DNA from: Patescibacteria group bacterium
GTDB lineage: Bacteria; Patescibacteriota; Minisyncoccia; Phycocordibacterales; UBA12445
Assembly (NCBI GenBank): GCA_003504275.1
Contig: DOAO01000014.1
Location: 8,889 to 72,888, forward strand
DNA length: 64,000 bases
Direction: 5' to 3'
Shown here: in pieces, positions 19,480 to 28,971 of the stretch
How the letters are laid out: every line of letters starts with the position of its first letter
How positions within the stretch are numbered: position 1 is the first letter of the stretch
The notes under the pieces: model-generated
Database searches by the model: none
The model's input: only the letters and a program-made list of their open reading frames with translations
Told to the model about the DNA's origin: nothing
Made by a program: the position numbers and the translations under genes

Positions 19480-19965
19480 ATGATTAGAAAAAATACAAAA
19501 AAAATAATTATTCTAATATTTGTTTTATCGTTGCCTATAATTTCTTTTGCCGCAAAATATACACTCCTTGAAACATTCAGTGACACACAACAAAAAGTTG
19601 TTACAAATCCTATGGAATATATAACAAGCTTATATTGGTATGTTCTGGGGCTAACGGTGGCACTTTCTATATTGATGATGATTGTTGGAGGTCTTGAATA
19701 CACGCTTACTTGGGCCAGCGAAAGCAAAAAAGGTGAAGCAAAAAATAGAATAGAAAACGCAATAATTGGACTTTTAATAGCTTTAACTGCCTATTTATTA
19801 CTTAATACAATAAATCCAAAATTAGTTGCCTTCAACCTAAATGAAGCTGGGATAAGTTGTGAAACAGCACCGGCAGGAGGAGTTACTACTGGAATTACCG
19901 CGGGAGTCAATGCGGGATTTGTTCAGGGAAAAGCCACAGGAGGGGGGGGTTATAGTGAATTTTAA
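19480..19965 (+). CDS. VirB2/TrbC-like pilin candidate
   Basis: signal peptide plus two hydrophobic segments, the topology typical of T4SS pilins; G8 tract near the 3' end. Confidence 0.4.
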   Translation: MIRKNTKKIIILIFVLSLPIISFAAKYTLLETFSDTQQKVVTNPMEYITSLYWYVLGLTVALSILMMIVGGLEYTLTWASESKKGEAKNRIENAIIGLLIALTAYLLLNTINPKLVAFNLNEAGISCETAPAGGVTTGITAGVNAGFVQGKATGGGGYSEF

Positions 19966-19971
19966 ATAAAT

Positions 19972-21300
19972 ATGAACAATCAAAACTATCGCACACTAAT
20001 AATTGTAATATCACTGGTCATAATATTAGTCGTTGTACTAACCGTATTTCTCCTTTCTAGGCAAGAAACTGTTCCAGAACCAACGGTGACACAAAGTGCA
20101 CCATCTTCCACAGAAACAAAAAGTAATACGAGTTCCTTTCCAACATCAGAAAATGTAACTTCAACAGAGAAAGAAACCGCCCCAACCACACAAAATATTA
20201 TTCCGGAAATAAACCCCACCGAACAAGAAGTGGCGGTAACAGAAGAAGGGACAATCGTTGGAGAGATAAAAAATACAGCAGATATTGCCACCGGAGGAAT
20301 GACTTTTATTGAAAAAGATAGAAATGGAACTAAAACAACCTTTGTTAGATATATAGAAAAAGGAACAGGTCACATAAAAGAAATCGCTTTTGATGAAAAT
20401 ATTCCTACAAAAGTTTCAAATTACACAATACTAGGAATAGTCAATTCCTTATGGAGCAAAGACGGATCTTCTGTTGTTATAAGAAGATTAGATGGTGTAG
20501 ATAATAATATTCAAACAGTTTATGGAATAATAGAAACAGGTTCAAGTACTTCAACTATGCCGGAAGGGGAGGTAGGTACGCTAAACGGAACGATTCTTCC
20601 TTCAAATACTATTGATGTAGCAGTGTCACCTCAGGGAGATAGGCTATTTTATTTAATTAAAAATGGCGATTCAGTGACGGGAGCTGTTTCTGATTTTAAA
20701 GGAACTGACCCTTTCAACAAAAAAATAAATATTTGGAATTCACCTATATCAGAGTGGCAAATAACCTGGCCAAAACAAGACCAAATAATGTTATTAACCA
20801 AACCCGCCTATAATGTTTCCGGTATTCTTTATTCCCTCCTCGTTCCAAAAGACAACAAACAAGAGAAGTTACTCGGTGATATTACAGGATTAACTGCAAT
20901 TGTAAGCAATAGTGGTAAAAAAATAATATATTCAGAAACCACAGGTTCTGGTTTTATGACTTATATCTTAGACAAACAAAATAATGAATTAAAAGTATTT
21001 CCTGCAAAGACCCTACCAGAAAAATGTGTCTGGAGTAAAACAAACGAGAACGTTGTTTATTGTGGGGTTCCAAAAAATATAATTGGCTCAAAATATCCCG
21101 ATTCTTGGTATAAGGGGATAATATCATTTAATGACGATATCTACAGAATAGACCTGGACGTTAACTCAAAAAGAAAGATAGTGGTAACAGGTCAACCTGA
21201 TGGATTGGATGCAACAGGGCTCATATTAAGCACTAATGAAGACTACTTATCGCTCATCAACAAGAAAGATGGAAAGATTTGGACAATTAAATTAAAGTAA
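19972..21300 (+). CDS. membrane-anchored protein with Ser/Thr-rich linker and probable beta-propeller domain
   Basis: N-terminal TM helix, low-complexity S/T/E/P linker, repeated beta-strand-like blocks. Confidence 0.45.
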   Translation: MNNQNYRTLIIVISLVIILVVVLTVFLLSRQETVPEPTVTQSAPSSTETKSNTSSFPTSENVTSTEKETAPTTQNIIPEINPTEQEVAVTEEGTIVGEIKNTADIATGGMTFIEKDRNGTKTTFVRYIEKGTGHIKEIAFDENIPTKVSNYTILGIVNSLWSKDGSSVVIRRLDGVDNNIQTVYGIIETGSSTSTMPEGEVGTLNGTILPSNTIDVAVSPQGDRLFYLIKNGDSVTGAVSDFKGTDPFNKKINIWNSPISEWQITWPKQDQIMLLTKPAYNVSGILYSLLVPKDNKQEKLLGDITGLTAIVSNSGKKIIYSETTGSGFMTYILDKQNNELKVFPAKTLPEKCVWSKTNENVVYCGVPKNIIGSKYPDSWYKGIISFNDDIYRIDLDVNSKRKIVVTGQPDGLDATGLILSTNEDYLSLINKKDGKIWTIKLK

Positions 21301-21304
21301 ACAG

Positions 21305-21336
21305 AAACCGCCCCACTTGTTGGGGCGGTTTTTTAA
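21305..21336 (+). terminator. intrinsic terminator between the convergent cluster and yidC
   Basis: accgcccca-cttgt-tggggcggt hairpin followed by TTTTTT. Confidence 0.7.
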
Positions 21337-21360
21337 TTCATGATTCTTTATTCCTGCTTC

Positions 21361-22080
21361 TTATCTAATTTTCTCAGCCTTTCTTTTTACCATGACTTCA
21401 TGAGCAATACTAAAAGCATTGCTTGTTATCCAAAAAACGGAAACCGCTGCATTAAGCTTAGCGGCTATAAAGATTATAAAAATAGGCAAAAAATACTTAA
21501 TTTGCCAATTCATACTTTTGGCAAAATCATCAGCAAAAGAGGGGTTCTTGTCTTTTATTTTTGGCAATTCTGGAACGGAAAGTTTTGTTTGAATAAATTG
21601 TGTTAAACCAACTAAAATAGCTAAATAGATATTAGATTCGGAAAGATCAATTAGGCCTAAAAACATTGTGTTTATGGTTGATGGTATTAAATTAAAAGAA
21701 AAAATTACAGGGGAAGTAAGGTCTATGTTGTTGCTAAATATATAATAGAGAGCAATAAACATCGGGAGTTGAATAAAAAGCAAAAAAATACTGGCAAAAG
21801 GATTAACTCCATGTTCCTTGTATAAATTCATTATTTTAACAGCCTGCTCTTCTTGTTTACCTTTATATAATTCTTTTATTCTTCTGATTTCCGGATCTAT
21901 TTCTTTAAGTTTTCTTTGAGCCTTTATAGAAATATGAGAAAGAGGCAAAATTAAAATTTTTATTAAAACAGTAAGAACAACAACGGCCAAACCGAAGTCA
22001 TTGCTAGGGGAGAGTGCGCTTAGAAGCACAATAGCGTTATAAAGAGGGTAATAAAAAATATCAAAAATAAAAGAAAACAT
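21361..22080 (-). CDS. yidC: membrane protein insertase YidC/Oxa1 (short form)
   Basis: multi-TM protein with conserved YidC core; classic rpmH-rnpA-yidC synteny. Confidence 0.8.
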   Translation of the reverse strand: MFSFIFDIFYYPLYNAIVLLSALSPSNDFGLAVVVLTVLIKILILPLSHISIKAQRKLKEIDPEIRRIKELYKGKQEEQAVKIMNLYKEHGVNPFASIFLLFIQLPMFIALYYIFSNNIDLTSPVIFSFNLIPSTINTMFLGLIDLSESNIYLAILVGLTQFIQTKLSVPELPKIKDKNPSFADDFAKSMNWQIKYFLPIFIIFIAAKLNAAVSVFWITSNAFSIAHEVMVKRKAEKIR

Positions 22081-22143
22081 TTTTAGAAAGAATTAAGAGT
22101 TATGAATAAAGAATTAAGCCCACTCAAAAAAATAACAACTTTT

Positions 22144-22479
22144 TTATAGTAACACTTTAGCCACATTTAACAAAGAAATAATCTCCTTTTCAAGATCCGC
22201 AAAAGATACTTTGTTTGCTCCTTCTTTAGCAAAGAAAGCTCCCATAAAACCTGGATTAATTTTGTCCTTCAGTTTTCTTACAATATGACGGCCTCTTCTT
22301 TTAAATAAATTTCTTTCTATTGCTTTCTTTGCAATCTTTCCAGACACAACAAAAGAAAAACAGCTTGGAAGCATCTCTTCTTTAGAAAGGACGACGTACT
22401 TGAAAGACAAAAGAGGGGAATAGATATTCTTACCCTTTTTAAGAATTGTTTCAAAATTTTCTCTGCTCACTTTTAACAT
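22144..22479 (-). CDS. rnpA: ribonuclease P protein component
   Basis: 111-aa basic protein with KRRGRHIVRK; position between rpmH and yidC. Confidence 0.7.
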   Translation of the reverse strand: MLKVSRENFETILKKGKNIYSPLLSFKYVVLSKEEMLPSCFSFVVSGKIAKKAIERNLFKRRGRHIVRKLKDKINPGFMGAFFAKEGANKVSFADLEKEIISLLNVAKVLL

Positions 22480-22566
22480 TATATTTAAAGAATAGAATAA
22501 AAAAGAAAAAATTACGAATTAAGCATTCGTAATTTTTATTATTTTTAAAAAATCATTTAGACAGGA

Positions 22567-22701
22567 TTAGACAGTCAATTTACTCCTACCTTTTCTTCTT
22601 CTTCTTTGGACAACTTTCTTGCCCCCAGGAGTTCCTTGTCTAACCAAAAAACCGTGTGTTTTGGCTCTCTTTCTCTTTTTAGGATTATATGTCTTTGACA
22701 T
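22567..22701 (-). CDS. rpmH: 50S ribosomal protein L34
   Basis: 44-aa ORF absent from the track (<60 aa); translates to [44 protein letters not shown], a clear L34. Confidence 0.85.
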   Translation of the reverse strand: MSKTYNPKKRKRAKTHGFLVRQGTPGGKKVVQRRRRKGRSKLTV

Positions 22702-22832
22702 TCCTCGATATTATCTTGTTTTTATTAAAAATGCAAGTAAATGTCTTTATCAAAAGACATTTACGCCGTCCCGTAGGAAATTTCTAATCAAAAACAAACA
22801 AAGAAAGAACTGGGCCGTTAGACCGTCTACAG

Positions 22833-22933
22833 GTGTCTGCCTATATTTGGCAGACCTGTCTACAAGCCTGCCTGTCCGGTAGGCAGGTGCCGATGTTAAT
22901 CCCCATCGGCTGTCGATGTAAGTTCCATCGACC
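22833..22933. repeat. repeat module C (ccgtctacaggtgtctgcc...cctgtccggtaggcaggtg...catcgac)
   Basis: related copies inside 51190-51327, 31684-31772 and 43735-43790. Confidence 0.6.
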
Positions 22934-22939
22934 GCTATC

Positions 22940-23331
22940 GTGAAAAACAATAAAAATAACCAAAATAATTTATTCGAATTTTCCTACAGGGACAAGAGAT
23001 TTACCTTTTTTCACAATTTTTCTCTTATTTCACTGGGATTTACCTCGCTAAATTAAAGGTGGTAAATAAAAAATAAAAATCAGACAACCTTTCTTCCTAT
23101 TATTTTAATATATAATAAAATCTTTCCTATAAAAAAATCTATTTTTATCGTTCAAAACACAAATAATAAACAAATAAACAATTTAAGAAGAAGCGTCAAT
23201 AATAAAGTAAACAAAGAAGAAAAACTTCCTCTAAAGTTATCCACACATAATCCACCTATTATAAACAAAAAAGTCTAGTTCCATTTTCAAAGTCCAGGCA
23301 TATAATTATCTTTGTAGGATCTAAATTAAAC
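22940..23331. promoter_or_regulatory. oriC candidate (AT-rich DUE plus DnaA boxes) upstream of dnaA
   Basis: perfect DnaA box TTATCCACA at 23237-23245, near-box TAATCCACC at 23248-23256, long AT-rich tract 23040-23230. Confidence 0.6.
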
Positions 23332-24717
23332 ATGACTGATTATAAAAAAATTTGGGATGAGGCTCTTCTAGAAATAGAAATAGGTGTCTCAAAAGCAAAC
23401 TTCAGTACGTGGTTTAAAAACACTTATATATCAAAACAAGAAGAGGGGACTATATATATAAATGTTCCGAGTGCTTTTGTAAAAGACTGGCTTCAAAACA
23501 AATACCACAAATTAATATTAAAAGCTCTCCGCGAAATAATACCTGATATTAGAGGAGTAGAATATATTATTCAAAAAGATCCTCAGGCTCCAAAGGAAAT
23601 TACATTAGAAACAGAGAACAAATCAGTCTCGGCTCAATTAAAATTTAACGAACCTTATGTAAATAGAGAAGACAATCTTAATCCAAGGTATGTTTTTGAT
23701 GGTTTTATTGTTGGTCCATTCAACGAACTAGCTTATGCAGCAGCTCAAGCTGTTATAAAAAACCCTGGCTCTACATATAACCCTCTTTATATATATGGTG
23801 GTACCGGTTTAGGAAAAACTCACCTTATTCAAGCAATAGGAAATCATATAAAAAAGAGTAAACCAAACTCAAAAGTTTTTTACTTAGCCTCTGAAAGATA
23901 TGTAACTGAGATTATTAACTCAATTACAAATAACACAATAAATATTACCAAAGAAAAGTATAAAAAATACGATGCCCTTATTATTGACGATGTTCAGTTC
24001 TTCTCTAAAAAAGATAAAGTTCAAGAGGAAATGTTCCATTTGTTCAACGATTTTTATAATAACAATAAACAAATAATCTTTTCTTCAGATAAACCCCCTA
24101 AATATATTCAAGACCTTGAAGAAAGACTGCGATCTAGATTTGAAGGAGGAATGATAGTTGATATATCAAAACCGGAATATGAGTCAAAAATGGCCATTCT
24201 TAACAATAAACTGAAAGCCTTAAATTGTTCGCTTCCGTCTGAAATATTGGATTTTATTGCTTCTAGTGTTCAAGAGAGCATTAGAGAGTTAGAAGGTATC
24301 CTAAATGCCGTTATTTGTCAGTCTCAACTTAAAAATAGAGAATTAACGGTGAGTGATGTTAAAACTCTTCTTAAAAATAATTCCAGACAACAGAAAAGCT
24401 TATCAATAAAAGATATCGTTAGAATTATAGCTGAATTTTATAATGTTGAGGAAAAACATTTGTACGAAAAAACTAGAAAAAGAGAAGTTGTTAAACCGAG
24501 ACAGATAGCAATGTATATTCTGAGAGAGAATTATAATTCTTCTTACCCTCAAATAGGGGAGAAACTAGGGGGAAGAGACCATACTACTGTTATGCATGCT
24601 TGTGAAAAAATTAAAGAGGACATTAAAAAGAGTGATAATTTAATGAGAGAGATTGATCAAATAAAAACATTACTCTTTGGCCCGGAAAGCAGGATGTCTT
24701 CGGCTGTCTCTATATAG
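23332..24717 (+). CDS. dnaA: chromosomal replication initiator DnaA
   Basis: Walker A GGTGLGKTHL, AAA+ core, C-terminal DnaA-box binding domain. Confidence 0.9.
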   Translation: MTDYKKIWDEALLEIEIGVSKANFSTWFKNTYISKQEEGTIYINVPSAFVKDWLQNKYHKLILKALREIIPDIRGVEYIIQKDPQAPKEITLETENKSVSAQLKFNEPYVNREDNLNPRYVFDGFIVGPFNELAYAAAQAVIKNPGSTYNPLYIYGGTGLGKTHLIQAIGNHIKKSKPNSKVFYLASERYVTEIINSITNNTINITKEKYKKYDALIIDDVQFFSKKDKVQEEMFHLFNDFYNNNKQIIFSSDKPPKYIQDLEERLRSRFEGGMIVDISKPEYESKMAILNNKLKALNCSLPSEILDFIASSVQESIRELEGILNAVICQSQLKNRELTVSDVKTLLKNNSRQQKSLSIKDIVRIIAEFYNVEEKHLYEKTRKREVVKPRQIAMYILRENYNSSYPQIGEKLGGRDHTTVMHACEKIKEDIKKSDNLMREIDQIKTLLFGPESRMSSAVSI

Positions 24718-25001
24718 TTTTCCACAATGATGGTCATAAATATATATTAAGACTGTTAAAAACGTGGGGATAAAGATGAGGAAAGTTGTGTGAATAATGG
24801 GAAGAACTATTCATCCTTTTTTACAACAGGAATTAATCCCAAATTAATAATTTTAGAGTCACAAAGTATTACACAGGGGCACTTCAAAAATTACATTAAC
24901 AGTAAAAGATAAATTGAAGTTATTAACATATCAACAGAGCTAATAGTAGTAATAATTTTTTTATATAAATATATTTACACAACTAAAAAGAAAAAAAATT
25001 T
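24718..25001. promoter_or_regulatory. dnaA-dnaN intergenic DnaA-box cluster (second oriC module)
   Basis: TTTTCCACA at 24718-24726; TGTGAATAA (reverse complement TTATTCACA) at 24791-24799; TGGGGATAA about 24753-24761. Confidence 0.5.
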
Positions 25002-26105
25002 ATGAAAGCAGAGTGTATAAAAGAAAAATTAAAAGAAGCTGTATTTCAAGTAGGAAAGATCTCTGCTAAAAATTTATCTTTGCCGATTTTGGAATCTATT
25101 CTTATTGAAGCAAAAGGCTCAGAGATAGTTCTTAAGGCTACCAATCTAGATATCGGTTTAGAAGTTAGAATACCTGCAAAAGTTGAAAAACCTGGAGCGG
25201 TGGCTGTGCCAGGTTATTTATTGGGTGGTTTTATACAGATGTTAGAAGGAGATAATGTTGTTCGTTTGGAGGCCATAAATAACAATCTTTCGGTTTCTAC
25301 AAAAAAGAATTCCACTCTTATTAAAAGTTATTCTGCTGACGAATTCCCTAATATTCCAAGAGTTGAAGAAAAAGAAGAATCTCTCAGTATTGAAGCATTT
25401 AAAATAGTTTCTGGTATTAAAGCTGTTTCTTTTTCTGCTTTAGCTTCAGATATAAAGCCGGAAATTTCCAGTGTGTATATCTATGTGGATAACGGTAAAC
25501 TATATTTTGTATCTACAGATTCATCCAGATTAGCTGAAAAAAAGTTTGATATTAAAAGCGAATCAAATTTCTCTTCCTCTATTATCCCTATAAAGAATGC
25601 TAATGAACTGGTTAGAATAATGGAAAATATAACAGGGGATGTCATTCTTGATTTTAATAAGAATCAAATGTCCGTTTCAAATCCCCAAATATATTTTACT
25701 TCTAGGGTTGTTGGAGGGATTTTTCCTGACTACAGACAAATAATACCTAAAGAAAAGAAAACCGAAGTTGTTGTTTTAAAACAGGAAATGGTTGATTCTA
25801 TAAAATTATCTTCTATTTTTTCTGATAAATTCAATCAAGTAACATTTAAAATAATTCCCTCCGATAGTTTTTTCGAAATTAGTTCAAGAAATCAGGACAA
25901 AGGAGAAAGTGTTACAAAAATAGATGCCACTCTAGAAGGGGAAGATATTGATATGAGCTTTAATTCGAGATTTTTTCTTGATTGTCTTAATTCTATTAAA
26001 GAAGATAGTATAAGTATTTCTTTTAATGGTCACCAGAGACCCGTAATAATAAAGGGGATTGGCGATGAATCATTCACATACCTTTTGATGCCGATGATTA
26101 AGTAG
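25002..26105 (+). CDS. dnaN: DNA polymerase III beta subunit (sliding clamp)
   Basis: 367 aa, three-domain clamp pattern; position after dnaA. Confidence 0.85.
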   Translation: MKAECIKEKLKEAVFQVGKISAKNLSLPILESILIEAKGSEIVLKATNLDIGLEVRIPAKVEKPGAVAVPGYLLGGFIQMLEGDNVVRLEAINNNLSVSTKKNSTLIKSYSADEFPNIPRVEEKEESLSIEAFKIVSGIKAVSFSALASDIKPEISSVYIYVDNGKLYFVSTDSSRLAEKKFDIKSESNFSSSIIPIKNANELVRIMENITGDVILDFNKNQMSVSNPQIYFTSRVVGGIFPDYRQIIPKEKKTEVVVLKQEMVDSIKLSSIFSDKFNQVTFKIIPSDSFFEISSRNQDKGESVTKIDATLEGEDIDMSFNSRFFLDCLNSIKEDSISISFNGHQRPVIIKGIGDESFTYLLMPMIK

Positions 26106-26109
26106 ATAT

Positions 26110-26370
26110 ATGCAAAGCATCTCTTTCTTTCTCGATAGGTTTAAAAAATTTTCCAGACCGGATATTCAAATAAGAGAATCCGTTTCTAAAGCTATAAAAA
26201 GTGAAATAGGCGCAGATGTTCCTGAAAAAGATATCTCGGTAAAAGAGGGAGTGGTGTATATAAAAACTCACAATTCTATTCTCAAGAATGAGCTTTTTCT
26301 CAAAAAGAAAAACATTCTGGATACTATCCAGAATGTTTGCGGAATAAAGAATATAAGGGATATTAAATAG
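26110..26370 (+). CDS. small hypothetical protein after dnaN (DUF721/DciA-like position)
   Basis: 86 aa; position only. Confidence 0.3.
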   Translation: MQSISFFLDRFKKFSRPDIQIRESVSKAIKSEIGADVPEKDISVKEGVVYIKTHNSILKNELFLKKKNILDTIQNVCGIKNIRDIK

Positions 26371-28900
26371 AAACCTTAAATATAGAATTACTTTCTCCTG
26401 AATTTCTTACAGTATCGTAAATGACCACTTTTAGTTCATTTATGACTTTTATTTGTGGTAATTCGGATGGAACAAAATAAAATGAGAAAGGAGCTGTTCT
26501 TGAAGAACCTATAAAAGTATTATTTATAAAGAAATCGGCCTGCGTAATGGGATATTTTGATTGTCCCACCGCTGTAAAAAATACTCCTATTTTTTCATTT
26601 AAAGAATATTCTTTATTTTGATCCGGAGAAACGATATTTATTTTTGGTGCAAAATCAGGCCCATGAATATTATCTGTGGCGGTCGGTATTACATTTACTG
26701 ATTCTTCCATTATTCCTTGAGAAGATACCCACTTCCTAATAGAAGTTTCCCAAGCGGTAAACTGTGGGTCTTGCTGTGGATATATTGGCGCAGGGCCCAT
26801 AGGATCTCTTTTATTCAACCAATAAAGAATAGTATGGACTTGTGTAACAGTTTTTTTCTCTTTCATTTCAGGAGGGGTATATTCAGTAGCCAGTTTTCCG
26901 GACGCCTTATCTATAATATATTCAAATCCTCCTTTCCAATCGCCCCTTAGTACTGGTTTTATACCTTCTTCGTTTAAGGGTGCCGGTTTTGTGAATTTTT
27001 CTACAGGAAGAGTTGGTAAAACTTTATCCATAAAAGCCCTCCACATTGGAGCTGTTATCATTCCGGCCACTTTTTTAACCATAGGAGTGTTGTCGTTGTT
27101 TCCAACCCATACTCCTAGTGCGAAGTTTGGTGTGTATCCTACAACCCAAGCGTCTTTTGTATCATTTGTTGTTCCTGTTTTTGAAGCAACTTCTCTGTCA
27201 TAGAATCGAAGCGGAGAGTTTTCTCCATAAGCCGGTAATTTGGCAGTAAAATCAGACAAAACATCATTTATTTGTCTGGCAACATTCTCATCCAAAACCC
27301 TTACCCCGTTTTGTGAATACTCTTCGAGAGTAAATCCTTCAGAATCAACAACTTTTAATATTGGAGTTGATGGGTTTCTTATTCCATCATTAGCAAAAAC
27401 AGAATAAGCGTTAGTCATATCAAGTGGAGTTACTTCTCCACCACCGAGGACGAGTGTTAAACCATATTGATTTGCGTCTGTGAGCCCCGTAATACCGAGT
27501 TCACGAGCAGTTTGGATAGCATCCTCAATACCTACTAAATAAAGCAATTTGATTGAAGGGATGTTGATAGATTGTGCCAGTGCATTTTTTAAATTAATAG
27601 GTCCTCTGTATATTTCATCATAGTTTTGTGGCATATAACAATCGGCAGGATCAACCTCAGAAGATATTGGAAAACCTTCAGGAGTACAAGTCGTTTGAAA
27701 TTCTGTAGGAAGATCAAAAAGAACGGTTTCTGGTGTGTACCCTTTTTTGAAGGCTGTTGCATAAACAAATGGTTTAAAAGAGGATCCTGGCTGTCTGTGT
27801 GCTAAGGTTACATTGAAATTACCGTCATTTGTGGTATCGAAATAGTCTCGAGAACCAATCATTACTAATATTTGTCCTGTTTTTGGGTCAATTCCTACCA
27901 TTCCCGCATTTTTAGCATTGAAATTGGTTTCGTTTATTTTTCCATATTCGGTAACTACATTTTCAGCCTCTTTTTGAAGCTCCCAATCAAGCGTTGTTGT
28001 TACATTTAGTCCGCCTGTTTCCAGTGCTTCTTTTCCATATTTATTTTCAAGATAACTTCTCACATATTCCACAAAGTGTGGCGCTTTTATTCCTCCTTTT
28101 TCTTCTCTCGGAATAAACACAACCTGTTCCTTTTTTGCTTTCTCAGCTTCTTCTGCTGTTATAAAATTTAATTCAACCATTCTGTTCAATACAACATTTT
28201 TTCTTTCATCCAATTTTTCCTTGTTTTGTCCGTAAGGGGAGTAGAAAGTAGGGGCTTGTGGGAGTGCTGCCAAATAAGCAGATTCTGCTAAAGTCACGTC
28301 TTTCGCTGACTTGTTAAAAAATCTTTGAGAGGCTTCCTCAACACCATAGACAGTTCCTCCATAAGGAGATTCGTTTAAATAAAGAGAGAGAATTTCTTCT
28401 TTGCCCATAGCTCTTTCAAGTTTTATCGCCAAAATCCACTCTTTTATTTTTCTTGTATAGCTTTTTTCCTGAGTTAAAATAGAGTTTTTTATTACCTGCT
28501 GAGTGATAGTGGAACCTCCTTGAACTTTGCTCCCGGATGTAAGGTTAACAAAAACCGCTCTAACAATAGCCATTGGTTTTATTCCGTAATGGTTGTAAAA
28601 ATCAGAGTCCTCAATAGCAACCGCTGCGTTTTTTATATCCTTAGAGATGTCTTCGTAGGGGATAACTTTTCTTTTTATATCTTGATGTATATCGTAAAGA
28701 AGTATTTTTCCTGTTTTGTCGAATATTTTTGTTGATTGAGCAACTTTTCTGGCTTCGAATGATCCGAAATCAGGAATTTTTAGGTTCGCAACCCAGATTA
28801 TTCCTGCGCCCATTGCTAAAAATACTAAAATTACCCCTATTATTAAAATTCTTTCAATTTCCTTCTTTATAAACCTAAATACTTTAGTGCTTTTTTTCAT
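26363..28900 (-). CDS. class A penicillin-binding protein (transglycosylase/transpeptidase)
   Basis: N-terminal TM, glycosyltransferase motif GGSTITQQ, transpeptidase SSFKP (SxxK). Confidence 0.85.
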   Translation of the reverse strand: MKKSTKVFRFIKKEIERILIIGVILVFLAMGAGIIWVANLKIPDFGSFEARKVAQSTKIFDKTGKILLYDIHQDIKRKVIPYEDISKDIKNAAVAIEDSDFYNHYGIKPMAIVRAVFVNLTSGSKVQGGSTITQQVIKNSILTQEKSYTRKIKEWILAIKLERAMGKEEILSLYLNESPYGGTVYGVEEASQRFFNKSAKDVTLAESAYLAALPQAPTFYSPYGQNKEKLDERKNVVLNRMVELNFITAEEAEKAKKEQVVFIPREEKGGIKAPHFVEYVRSYLENKYGKEALETGGLNVTTTLDWELQKEAENVVTEYGKINETNFNAKNAGMVGIDPKTGQILVMIGSRDYFDTTNDGNFNVTLAHRQPGSSFKPFVYATAFKKGYTPETVLFDLPTEFQTTCTPEGFPISSEVDPADCYMPQNYDEIYRGPINLKNALAQSINIPSIKLLYLVGIEDAIQTARELGITGLTDANQYGLTLVLGGGEVTPLDMTNAYSVFANDGIRNPSTPILKVVDSEGFTLEEYSQNGVRVLDENVARQINDVLSDFTAKLPAYGENSPLRFYDREVASKTGTTNDTKDAWVVGYTPNFALGVWVGNNDNTPMVKKVAGMITAPMWRAFMDKVLPTLPVEKFTKPAPLNEEGIKPVLRGDWKGGFEYIIDKASGKLATEYTPPEMKEKKTVTQVHTILYWLNKRDPMGPAPIYPQQDPQFTAWETSIRKWVSSQGIMEESVNVIPTATDNIHGPDFAPKINIVSPDQNKEYSLNEKIGVFFTAVGQSKYPITQADFFINNTFIGSSRTAPFSFYFVPSELPQIKVINELKVVIYDTVRNSGESNSIFKVSI

Positions 28901-28971
28901 TATATTGAAACAATAACACGTTTTTATGTCATTGGCGAATTTTTCTTGTAATTTAAATGTGCTAAATTAAT

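Noticed and set aside
28901-28971. T-box leader upstream of tyrS
   Set aside because: The intergenic region is only ~70 nt with no specifier/antiterminator structure.
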